Assembly (NCBI RefSeq): GCF_004010195.1
Contig: NC_057753.1
Coordinates: forward strand, 13,257,979 to 13,321,978
Length of the DNA stretch: 64,000 nucleotides
Direction: 5' to 3'
DNA from: Chiloscyllium plagiosum
Taxonomy: Eukaryota
Both the position numbers and the translations under genes were made by a program. The notes below the pieces were generated by a model. That model saw nothing but the letters and a program-made list of their open reading frames with translations, was not told the origin of the DNA and made no database searches. Numbering within the stretch: the first letter of the stretch is position 1; each line of letters opens with the position of its first letter. This document shows, piece after piece, positions 51,477 through 62,918 of the stretch.

Positions 51477-52519
51477 AGTGAGAAAGAAGGCAATACTGGA
51501 CCTGTTTCTTGGGAATGAGGAGGGCAAAGTGTTAGCTAAGCATTGAATGGTAATAATAATAGTTACATAAGTTTTAGGTGAATTATGGAAATGATGTTGA
51601 ACAATCCAGAATACAAATAATTAACTCAGGAAAGCCAATTTAGTCCTCCTAGTTGAACAGTCAATAATATCAGAGCATAACTTTAATTGAAGGGCTTAGA
51701 GGGAACTTGAGGGAAAATATTTCACCCAGAGGGTGGCAGGGGTCTGTAATACATTGCTTGAGACATGGGTTCATGTGGGTACCTCACAACTTTTACAAAG
51801 TACCTGGATGAGCATTTGAAATGTCATCATGTTCAAAGCTCCGGACCTGGGACTGGAGAATGGTACAAGTGTAGATTTAGTTTTGATTTGACATTACTGA
51901 GCTGGTGGATCAAAGGGCCTCTTCTGTCCTGAATGGTATTTGATTCTCATTTCAATGGAAGAAGAACAACCCTGTGCCAAAAACAATCAAGTCAAATGTT
52001 GGCAGGAAAAGAAATGTAGCTGAATAGTTGGTGACCTTTGAAAAAGAAGTATTTCAAACATAATCAAAAAGTAGGGCAAAGAAACTCAGAAATTCATAAA
52101 TGACATAAATGACGAGAGATAAAAATGAAGGCAAGCAAGAAAAAGGTTGTTTGTTATGGACATGTGGAGAACATCCAGCTGCGAACCAGACTGAATATAG
52201 AAAGTTCAGAGGGGAATGGAGAAGAATGATAGAGAAGTAAAAGAATAGGGTGGGGGAGCAGAGGGGAGTATGAAATGAGACTAGCAGTTAATTTGAAAAG
52301 GAATCTCAATCTTCTTTGTTATGTATAAATAGTAAAAGTGTGGCAAATATGTTTTCACAGAGGAAGTGATGTAAACAGTTGTGTCTCTCAGAGTCAGTCG
52401 TGCTACCGTTCCTTTTCTCGATAGAAGAAATTGACCTGAACTTGGCAAACTGAGCATAAGATCAAAATCTCCGGAAAACTCTGAGGCACGTATAATGAGA
52501 GTATAATAGAATATAATCC

Positions 52520-53142
52520 CTACAAAATATATTCAGGCCAGTCCCACTCCCTATCCAATCCCTATAACACTGCATTTTCTATGGCTACTCCATCTAGCCT
52601 GCACACTATGGGCAATTTAGCATGACCAGTCCACTGAACCTGTACACCTTTGGAATGTGGGAGGAAACCGGAGCACCTGGAGGAAACCTACATAGACCCG
52701 AGGAGAATGTGCAGACTCCACACAGACAGCAGCCTGAGGATGGAATTGAACCCTGGTCCCTGGTGCTGTGAGGCAGCAGTGCTAACCACCGAGCCACCCC
52801 CAAATAGGATCGTTGTCAGCCTGTCAGCACCAGGGCGGCACGGTGGCTCAGTGGTTAGCACTGCTGCCTCACAGCACCAGGGTCCTGGGTTTGATTCCCG
52901 TCTGTCTATGTGGAGTTAGCACATTCTCCCTGTGTCTGCGTGGGGTTGCTCCGGTTTCCTCCCACAATCCAAAGATGTGCAGGTCAGGTGAATTGGCCAT
53001 GCTAAATTACCCGTAGTGTCAGATGAATTAGTCAGAGGGAAATGGGTCTGGGTGGGTTACTCTTCGGGTGGGGGGGATGCGCATTGTGGAGTTGTTGGGC
53101 CGAAGGGCCTGTTTCCACACTGTAGAGAATCTAATCTAATCT
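52520..53142. mobile_element. Head-to-head pair of HE1-like SINEs (52520-52800 minus, 52832-53142 plus)
   Basis: Two tRNA heads on opposite strands, about 30 bp apart. Confidence 0.85.
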
Positions 53143-54283
53143 CAGAAGAAAACACATTGATATCATATCACTCACAAACATAGCAAAGCACTTCACTGGA
53201 CAGTCTGGGGGAGGGATTGTATTACAGGAACAAAACTCCACTCTGCAACTTATCTTTATCTAACTAATACAAAATATTCTAAACTTTTGACACATTTGTC
53301 AAATCTACCCTCAACCTCAGTATCTCCAACCGAACGTTGCAATTAAAATTTCTCTTCCTTCTGATCGAGTTGTGAATTTACATTCTGCTCTGATTTTGGA
53401 AAATCCTTTCACAGGGCAAATTCCAACCTAGAGAAATGTCAGTCGCTGAATTTTAATTTAGACAGACACTGATGGTTTTCGTAATCTCGTTTTACAGAGA
53501 CATGAAGACTTTTGACAATCGGACTTTTTCTCTTTGCACAATTCTTGTACTGTTTTTCCAGCTACAACATCCAACAGGAGAATTAAAATTTGAAAACAAA
53601 GAAATTGTTTCAGAAATGAGTATTGTTGAACATCCATCTAGAATTTACAGCTTTTTGTGCTATGCTGTTGTTTCATCTCTCTGGGTCTGCTGTGAGACTT
53701 TTAGAGTGGTTCTGAATCCATGTCCTTTGCTTTGTTTCACCCCCATTGACCCAACTTGCTCTTAGTAGAACATAGAACAGTGCAGCACAGTACAGGCCCT
53801 TCGGTCCTTGATCTTGTGCCGATCTTTTACCCTACTCTAAGATCAGACTAGCTGGCATACCTTTCATTTTACTATCTTCCATATGCCTATCCAAGAGTCA
53901 CTTAAATGTCACTAATGTATCTGACACTACTACCACTGCTGGCAGTGCATTCCATGCACCCACCACTCTCTGTGTAAAGAACCTACCTCTGCCATCTCCA
54001 CTAAACCTTCCTCCAATCCCCTTAAAATTATGCCCCCTCATGATAGACATTTCCACCGTGGGAAAAAGTCACTGGCAATTCACTCTATCTATGCCTCTCA
54101 TCATCTTGTTCACCTCTGTCAAGTGACCTCTCATCCTTCTTCGCTCCAATGATAAAAGCCCGAGATCCCTCAATCTTTCTTCAGAAGACGCCCTCCAGTC
54201 CAGGAAACATCCTGGTAAATCTCTTCTGCACCCCCTCTAACACTTCCACGTCTTTCCTATAATGAGGCAACCAGAACTTAACA

Positions 54284-54372
54284 GGCCTGAAGAAGGGCCT
54301 GTGCCCGAAACGTCGAATCTCCTGTTCCCTGGATGCTGCCTGACCTGCTGTGCTGTTCCAGCAATAAAGTTT
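54284..54372 (+). mobile_element. 89-bp hammerhead mini-element with a 16-bp flanking direct repeat
   Basis: caaccagaacttaaca at 54268-54283 and 54373-54388; CTGAAGA-A-GGGC-CTGT-GCCC-GAAA-CGTC from 54287. Confidence 0.9.
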
Positions 54373-54690
54373 CAACCAGAACTTAACACAATATTCCAAG
54401 TGTGGTCTAACCAAGGCTCTATAAAGCTGCAGCATAACCTCCTGGCTCTTAAACTCAATCTCCCTGCTAATGAAAGCTAACACACCACACACCTTCTTAA
54501 CAAACCTATCATGTTGATGGCAACTTTGAGGGATCTATGGACACAGACTCAAGATCCCTCTCTTCCTCCACACTGCCAATAATTCTGCTTTTAACCTGTA
54601 TTCTGCATTCAAATTCGACCTTCCAAAGTGAATCACTTCACACTTTTCCAGGTTGAACTCCATCTGCCACTTATTAGTCCAGTTTTGCGT

Positions 54691-54988
54691 CCTGTCAATC
54701 TACTATTGCAACCTACCAACAGCCCTGCAACTCATCTACTATTGCAACCTACCAACAGCCCTGCAACTCCTCCAACCTTTGTGTCATTGGCAAACTTACT
54801 AACCCACCCTTCCACTGCCTCATCCAAGTCATTTAGTAAAGCACAAACAGCAGAGCTCCTGTCAATCTACTATTGCAACCTACCAACAGCCCTGCAACTC
54901 CACCAACCTTTGTGTCATTGGCAAACTTACTAACCCACCCTTCCACTGCCTCATCCAAGTCATTTAGTAAAGCACAAACAGCAGAGCT
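54691..54988. repeat. Nested tandem duplications (131 bp twice, with an extra 36-bp duplication in copy 1)
   Basis: 54691-54857 versus 54858-54988. Confidence 0.9.
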
Positions 54989-55550
54989 ACCAGAACCAAT
55001 CCCTGCAGAACACCACTGATCACCATCTCCAGGCTGAATACTTTGCATCTACCACCACCCTCTATCTTCTATGGGCAAGCCAATTCTATATCCGGACAGC
55101 CAGACCTCCCTGTATCCCATGCCTCCTTACTTTCTGAATGAGCCAACTATGGTGAACCTTATTAAATGCATGCTAAAATCCATGTACACCATATTCACTG
55201 CTCTACCTTCATCAATGTGTTTTATCACATCCTCAAATAATTCAACAAGGTTTAGTGAGGGATGACCTGCCCCTCACAAAGCCATGTTGACTATGTCTAA
55301 TCAAACTATGGTTTTCCAAGTAATCATAAATCCTGTCTCTCAGAATCCTCTCCAACATTTTGCCCACTACAGACATAAGACTGAGTGATCTGTAATTCCC
55401 AGGATTATTCCTATTCCCTTTCTTGGACAAGAGAATAACATTTGCCAGCCTGCAATTATCTGGCACTACTCTAGTGGACAGTGAGTACGCAAAGATCATC
55501 ACCAAAGATGCAGCAATCTCTTCCATCACTTCCTGTATTAGCCTAGGGTA

Positions 55551-56650
55551 TTCACAAAGTCATTCATAAAATCAGGAAGTATGGGATACAGGGAGATTTG
55601 GCTATCTGGATTCAAAATTGCTGGCTGACAGAAGGTAGACAGTGGTTGTAGATGGAAAGTATTCTGCCTGGAGGACAGTGTTGAATGGGGTCCTGCAGGG
55701 CTCTGTTCTTGGGCCTCTGTTCTTTGTAGTTTTTATAAATGACTTGTATGAGGAGGTTGAGGGGTGGGTTAGTAAGTTTGCGGATGACACAATGGTTGGA
55801 GGTGTCGTCAATAGTATAGAGGGCTACTGCAAGCTGCAGCGCGACATAGACAGGATGCAGAGCTGGGCTGAGAAATGGCAGATGGAGTTCAACCTGGATA
55901 AATGCAAAGTGATGCATTTTGGAAGGTTGAACTCGAATGCTGAATATAGGATTAAAGACAGGATTCTTGGCAGTGTGGAGGAACAAAGGGATCTGAGTGT
56001 GCAGGTACATTGATCCTTCAAAGTTGCCACCCAAGTGGATAGGGTTGTTAAGAAAGCATATGGTGTTTTGGCTTTCATTAACAGGGGGATCGAGTTTAAG
56101 AGCCGCGAGGTTTTGCTGCAGCTCTACATGTCCCTGGTGAGACCACACTTGGAATATTGTGTCCAGTTCTGGTTGCCCTACTATAGGAAAGATACAGAGG
56201 CTTTGGAGAGGGTGCAAAGAAGGTTTACCAGGATGCTGCCTGGACTGGAGGGCTTGCCTTATGAAGAAAGGTTGAATAAGCTTGGACTTTTCTCTTTGGA
56301 GAGAAGGAGGAAGAGAGGAGATCTGATCGAGATGTACAAAATAATGAGAGGAATAGATAGTCAATAGCCAGAGACTTTTCCCCAGGGCAGGATTGACTGG
56401 TACGAGAATTCATAGTTTGAAGATATTAGGAGGAAGGAATAATGGAGGTGTCAGGTGGAATGCGTTGCCAGCTGTGGTGATGGGAGCAGAGTCATTGGGG
56501 ACATTTAAGCGACTGCTGGACACGCACATGGATAGCAGTGAGTTGAGGGGTGCGTAGGTTAAGTTACTATATTTTACACTAGGATTAAATCTCGGCACAA
56601 CATCATGGGCCAAAGGTTCAGTTCTGTGCTGTACTTTTCTATGTTCTATA
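55551..56650 (+). mobile_element. 5'-truncated CR1 nested in opposite orientation
   Basis: GVLQGSVLGP…FADDT…LVRPHLEYCVQFW; tail (ttctatg)n. Confidence 0.9.
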
Positions 56651-58160
56651 TCCCGTATGGCCGACTGGATTTATCTGTCCTTCTATCTTTCGAAATTTTC
56701 AACATATCTTCCTTCTTAATATCAATCTGTTCTAGCATATCAGTCTGTTTCACGCTGTCCTCAGAAATGCCAAGGTCCCTCTCAGTAGTGAATACTGAAG
56801 CAAAGTATTCCTTAAGGACGTCCCTGACTTCCTCTGACTCCAGGTTCAAGTTCTGTCCAGTATTCCTGATCAGCCCTACCCTCACTATAGCCATCCTTTT
56901 GTTCCTCATATGAATGTAGAATGCCTTAGGGCTTTTCTTAACCCTGCGCGGTAAAGCTTTTTCATGCCCCCTTCTAGCTCTCAAGTCCATTGTTCAGTTC
57001 TTTCCTGGCTACCTCATAATCCGCTAAAGCCCATCTGATTCATGTCTCTTCAACCTTAATTAAGCTTCCTTCCACCTCTTGACTTAATCCACATCCCTTG
57101 TCACCCAAGATTTTTTCAAACTACCATCCCTTCCATGCCTCAGTGGGACAAACCTGTGCTATCAGCAAGTGCTTCCTGAATAACCTCACATTTCCCTCAG
57201 AACATCTGTTCCCAATTTAGGCGCCCCAGTTCCTGTCTAATAGCATTGTAATTCCCCCTCCTCCAATTAAATACTTTCCCGTATCATCTTCTCCTGTCCC
57301 TCTCCGTGAGTACAGTAAAGGTCATGGGGTCGTGATCACTATTACTGAAATGCTTTCTCACCGAGAGATCTGACACCTGGCGTGGCTCGTTGCCAAGTGT
57401 CAAATCCAATATGGCCTCCCCTCTCATCAGTCCATCTACATATTGAGTCAGGGACCCTTCCTGGACACACCTGACAAAAACTGCTCCATCCAGACTATTT
57501 GATCTAATAAGGTTACAACCAACATTAGAGAAGTTAAAGTCACCCATGACAACAATCCTGTTACTTTTGCACCTTTCCAAAATCTGCCTCCCAATCTGTT
57601 CCTCCGCATCTCTGTTGCTATTGGGAGATTATGGGTGGCACAGTGGTTAGCACTGCTGCCTCACAACGCCTGAGACCCGGGTTCAATTCCCGCCTCAGGC
57701 GACTGACTGTGTGGAGTTTGCACGTTCTCCCCGTGTCTGCGTGGGTTTACTCCGGGTGCTCCGGTTTCCTCCCACAGTCCAAAGATGTGCAGGGTCAGGT
57801 GAATTGGCCATGCTAAATTGCCCGTAGTGTTAGGTAAGGGGTAAATGTAGGGGTACGGGTGGGTTGCGCTTCGGCAGGTCGGTGTGGACTTGTTGGGCTG
57901 AAGGGCCTGGTTCCACACTGTGATGTAATGTAATCTAATCTGTAGAAAACTCCCAATAAAGTGACTGCTCCTTTCCTGTTTCTGACTTCCACCCATACTG
58001 ACTCTGCAGACAAACCCTCCGCGAAGCCCTGCCTTTCTGCAGCTGTGATACTATCCCTGATTAGCAATGCCACTCCCACACCTCTTTCACCTCCCCCTCC
58101 CTACTCCTTTTGAAACATCTAAATCCTGGAACATCCAGCAACCATTCCTGCCCCTGTGAT
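56650..58160 (-). mobile_element. CR1 ORF2 endonuclease/linker portion
   Basis: IVVMGDFNF, NSDHD, GVALLIRDS and LGVFYR on the minus strand. Confidence 0.85.
57630..57940 (+). mobile_element. HE1-like SINE inserted in a CR1
   Basis: Full head, core and taatct tail. Confidence 0.9.
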
Positions 58161-60580
58161 GTCCATAGCAACAGAGACACAGAGGAGCAGATTGGGAGGT
58201 AGATTTACGAAAGCTGCAGAAGTAATAGGTTTGTTATTGTGGTTGACTTTAACTTCCTTTAATAGTGGTGCATTTTAAATCTGTTTGGTATTTTCATATT
58301 ATCTTTACCAATTGTGTCTAAATGAGGCTTCCATTGCTTCTCGTCTGCAGACTACGTGCTGCTGATTCACCAGCTTTATCTTCCCATGGTCAACAATTTT
58401 ATTTCCTGAATGTGTGATCATTTCTCTTCAACTTCTGAGCTAATATGAACTGTCATATTCTGTACTATTTTTGTTCACCATATTTATTCTACACTTTCTC
58501 AAATGTTAACTCTGTGTTGCCTTCACTACAAATACTGCCTGACCTGCTGAGTTTTCCAGCCTATGATTGGTTGTTTTATCTTAGCTGTCTAATATCTGCG
58601 GTATTTCTCTCATTTTTTCCAGCATTTGTTCAGAGAATCGAGTCCAGAAACATCGATAGACTAATTAAGAGCTGGTTTCCAGTATGACAGTATTGGTTCT
58701 GGAGGCTTACTTCCTGTCTCCAGTTTACATCCTTTCTCACGGAATCACGGAATGATCACCGAACAGAAGGAGGCCATTTTATACATCGTAAGAGCAACTC
58801 AGTGAGTTTCACTTCCCTTCGTTTTATTGTTTCCACTGGATCAGGTAATTGGAAATGAGAAGTGCCAACTGCCCTTTGAGTATTTAAGGGTTGGTAATTA
58901 TTGTGTCAAAAAGGTTCGGATGACAATTATGAAAATGTTCCTGCACAATCCAGAGTACAAATAATTAACACAGGAAAGCCAACTTTGTCCTCTTTGTCGA
59001 ATGATCAATAGTAACAGGGTGTAATTTCAATGTGAAGGCTTTGAGGGGGTTTCCGGGGAAAGTACTTCACCCAGAGGACGGCGCGGGTCTCTAATGCACT
59101 TCAGGTGCTCATCCACTTCTCTTGTGAAGGCATTTGTTGAATTAGTTTGAGGTGGAATGAAGATGGAGACGTTGCTCAGTTTAGCCCTCAGGCTATTGGA
59201 AACCAGTCAGGTCCAGGAAATTCTGATCTCTAATTGTCAAAGGATGGTAGGGGAGATCAAGTTGTAAAATGGGAACTTTGCATTCAATCTAATCAGATGC
59301 TATTGTTAGGAACAAACTTTTCTGAAGATGCTTTTAATCTATTTTTATACGCATAATCATATATAAAACTGTACAGATACTTTTAAAAAGAGTTTTTGGG
59401 ATTTGAACATCACTATCAAGAACAGCAGATTATTTTGTCATCACTAATTACTTGTGGAAGAGTTGGTGCATGACCTGAAATGCTGCAGTCCATGTGGTAA
59501 TGAGAAGACATTTTGATTAAATGGTCTCTTTCAGGGAGTATTTTGAAGATCAGTGTGACTTAGAGAAGTTTGAGGAGGAATTTCCAGAGCCTGGGCCCTT
59601 GGAAGCTCAATGAATGGCTCAGTGGTGTAGAATAATTTAAAATCTGGAAAATTCAAGAACTTCGAATTAGACAAACACAGATATTTCTGAGTGTTATGCA
59701 GCCAGAAGAGGTTAGAGAGTCAGGGGCAATGGCAGCAGGGAAGTGATTTTAAAAACAATGCTGAGATTTTTTTAAAAAGGTTTTGGTGCTTTGCAGGCAG
59801 AGAGCAGGGTGGTGATGGGTGAAAGAAGGTTGGTGTGAGTAAGGACATGAACAACAGACTGAGGATAACCTTGAGATTACAGGGAAGATGGATGTGGTAG
59901 GCCGGTCCAGATTGTGTTAGAACGTTTAAGGCTATGAGCAACGAATGACAGTTTCAGAGCTGTCGACACCAGGGTGGAGTTAGGTGATGTCATTGAGCTG
60001 GAAATAGATAATATTGGTGATGAAGGTTTGAGGTCACTCTCCTGGCCTGTCTTATTGCCATCTTATTGATCTTATTGCCATCATTCTCACTCTTGTCCCC
60101 CACTCTCACTCTTACTGTTGCCCCATGACGCTACCTCCCTCACTCTCAATTTTCCTACCTTATCAGTGCTCCCCGACCTTCAAGCTGCCCTGCTTCGTGG
60201 CCTCTGTTATCCCTCACTCTCCCTCTGTGTTCTCTGTTCTCCCATGCGGTCAGAGATTTGTTATCCAGACTGCACGGCAGGTTCCAGTCCCTGGAGGAGA
60301 TGAGTGACCTGTTGGGTTTGATGAAATTCTGGCAGCTTTCATTGTTACTTGTTACCTCATGAACACCCCATAAATTACCAGATTTATTCAGCTCAGTTTC
60401 TCAACTGCCCTTTGATTTTGTGTTCTTTTTGTTGCAATTCAATTGTTTCTGTTTTCATTCAAATTTCACAAGACTAATCAAAGGGAGGATTCACAGTCAG
60501 AAAATTCAAGCCAAATATCCTATCACGATCTGACGGAGCTATCCAATTTATTATCACCTAAATACCATCAGATTTTGAGT

Positions 60581-62014
60581 ATGGAAGGAGAAAGCACCGT
60601 TCACCCAGGGGAGAAACTGTGCACGTGTTGTGTGTGTGGACAAGACTTCAGTCAACCATCTGACTTCACAAACCACAAATGCAGTCACACTGGGAAGAAA
60701 CCATGGAAGTGTGGGGATTGTGATAAAGGGTTCAGGTCCCCGTCGGAGCTGGAAATTCACCAATACAGTCACACGGGGGAGAGGCCATTCACCTGCTCCA
60801 AGTGTGGGAAGGGATTCACACAGTCATCAACCCTGATGTCTCACCATCGTGTTCACACTGAGGAGAGACCTTTTAAATGTCCAGACTGTGGCAAGTGCTT
60901 TAAAAGTTCAAGCAATCTGATGTCCCACCAACGTGTTCACACTGACGAGAGACCTTTTAAATGCCCAGACTGCGAGAAGTGTTATAAAAGTTCCAGGGAA
61001 CTGCTGTCCCATCAACATACTCACACTGACGAGAGACCGTTTAAATGCCCAGACTGTGGGAAGAGCTATAAAAGCTTTGGGGAACAGATGCTCCATCAGC
61101 GTGTTCACACTGGAGAGAGACCTTTCAAATGTCCAGACTGTGGGAAGGGATATAGAAGTTCCAGCAATCTAATGTCCCATCGACGTGTTCATACTGACGA
61201 GAGACCTTTCAAATGCCCAGACTGTGGGAAGGGATATAAAGGTTCCAGTGAACTGATATCCCATCGGCGTGTTCACTCTGATGAGAGACCTTTTAAATGC
61301 ACAAACTGTGGGAAGTGCTTTAAAAGTTCTGGGGCACTCATGAACCATCAACGTGTTCACACCGACAACAGACCTTTTAAATGTCCAGAATGTGGAAACT
61401 GCTTTAAACGTTCAGGGGAACTAATACGCCATCAACGTATTCACACTGAGGAGAGACCTTTTAAGTGCCCAGACTGTGGAAAGTGCTATAAAAGTTCAGG
61501 GGAACTAATATCTCACCAACGAGTTCACACTGATGAAAGACCTTTCAAATGTTCAAACTGTGGGAAATGTTATAAAAGTTCAGGGGATCTGATGTCCCAC
61601 CAACGTGTTCACACTGATGAGAAACCTTTTAAATGCTCAGCCTGTGGGAAGTGCTTTAAAAGTTCCAGTAAACTGATTTCACATCAACGCATTCACACTG
61701 ACGAGAAACCTTTCAGATGTTCCCAATGTGAGAGTAGGTTCAAGTCATCATCCGAGCTCACTGTCCACCAGCGAACCCACACTGGGGAGAGACCGTTCTC
61801 CTGCACAGAGTGTGGGAGGAAGTTCACCCAGTCATTCAACCTGCTGACACACCAGAGAGTTCACACTGGAGAAAGGCCTTTCAGCTGCTCCAAGTGTGGG
61901 AAGAGATTCACTCAGTCATCCATTTTATTGAGACACCAGCGCGTTCACAGTGGAGAGAGCAGACCTTTTAAATACAAGACTGTGGGAAGTGCAATAAAAG
62001 TTCTGAAGCACTAA
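60581..62014 (+). CDS. C2H2 zinc-finger protein, 16 fingers
   Basis: ATG at 60581 ([12 protein letters not shown]); candidate acceptor AG at 60471-60472; a frameshift after finger 16 leaves about 3 decayed fingers to about 62200; AATAAA near 62319. Confidence 0.9.
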   Translation: MEGESTVHPGEKLCTCCVCGQDFSQPSDFTNHKCSHTGKKPWKCGDCDKGFRSPSELEIHQYSHTGERPFTCSKCGKGFTQSSTLMSHHRVHTEERPFKCPDCGKCFKSSSNLMSHQRVHTDERPFKCPDCEKCYKSSRELLSHQHTHTDERPFKCPDCGKSYKSFGEQMLHQRVHTGERPFKCPDCGKGYRSSSNLMSHRRVHTDERPFKCPDCGKGYKGSSELISHRRVHSDERPFKCTNCGKCFKSSGALMNHQRVHTDNRPFKCPECGNCFKRSGELIRHQRIHTEERPFKCPDCGKCYKSSGELISHQRVHTDERPFKCSNCGKCYKSSGDLMSHQRVHTDEKPFKCSACGKCFKSSSKLISHQRIHTDEKPFRCSQCESRFKSSSELTVHQRTHTGERPFSCTECGRKFTQSFNLLTHQRVHTGERPFSCSKCGKRFTQSSILLRHQRVHSGESRPFKYKTVGSAIKVLKH

Positions 62015-62453
62015 TGTCCCAGCAAAGTGTTCACATTGCCAAGAGACCATTCAAGTGCTCTCATTGTGTGATTGAGTTTGGGAAATCCTCTTAACTCGTA
62101 CACCAGCTTATTCACGCCCTGGAGAAACCTGTTCACTTGCTGTGAGTGTGGGAAGGTATTCAGTCAAATCTTTCACCTGCTGAGGCACCAGTGAGTTCAG
62201 CAGCGACCTTGGGATTGGACTTTGCTGTTAATCACATCCAGGGCTGAACCATGTTGATTGATATCTTTTTCTGCTGATGTCAGTACATTCCACTTCAATT
62301 TTTGCTGTCAGAATTCTGAATAAAAGTCACATTAATCAGCTTTTCATTAAACAGTTCTGAGGCTTTTCAATATCTATAACACCAGTACAGTTCACACTTG
62401 AAAGAAATTTTTAAACGTCTGGGTCTCTTACAAAGGCTTCAGAGTAAATAAGA

Positions 62454-62748
62454 CTTAGTGGATTTTGAGGGGATTTGTATCTCAGGTTGAGGTTCTGGAT
62501 GTAAATTTGCTTGCTGAGCTGGAAGGTTTGTTGTCAGACATTTTGTCACCATACTGGGTAACATTATCAGTGAGCCTCCGGTGAAGCACTAGTGGTATGG
62601 CCTGTTTTTTTTTTGTGTGTTTAGGTTTCCTTAGGTCAAGAAAACCCAATGAAACCTGAACACACACAAAAAGCGGGCTGATGTTAGCTAGTATGGTGAC
62701 GAAATGTCTGAAAACAAACCTTCCAGCTCAGTGAGCAAACTTACATCC
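62454..62748. mobile_element. Fold-back PLE terminal pair (family of 5070-6180) with 11-bp TSD
   Basis: agtaaataaga at 62443-62453 and 62749-62759; two inverted decayed hammerhead motifs. Confidence 0.8.
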
Positions 62749-62918
62749 AGTAAATAAGATCTGTTGTTCACACTGCAGAGAGACCGTTCACTTACTCCAC
62801 ATGTAGGAAGGGGTTCACGTCATAATTCCAGTGCACTGAACATCAACATGTTCCCATTGATCAGCGACATTTGGTATGTTCTGACTGTGGAAAGAGCTTT
62901 AAAAGTGAAAAATATCTG
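62749..62918 (+). pseudogene. C2H2 ZNF remnant
   Basis: HTAERPFTYSTCRKGFT…HQHV…CSDCGKSFKS. Confidence 0.7.

Larger units (their letters stand above)
53765..55550 (-). mobile_element. CR1 RT and 3' end; continues at 56650-58160
   Basis: LYRALVRPHLEYCVKFW, SKFANDTKVGG and PGNYRSLSLMSVVGK. Confidence 0.9.

Noticed and set aside
55612-56364. 250-aa minus-strand ORF (also 41433-41924 and 41937-42269)
   Set aside because: Antisense shadow of the CR1 RT.
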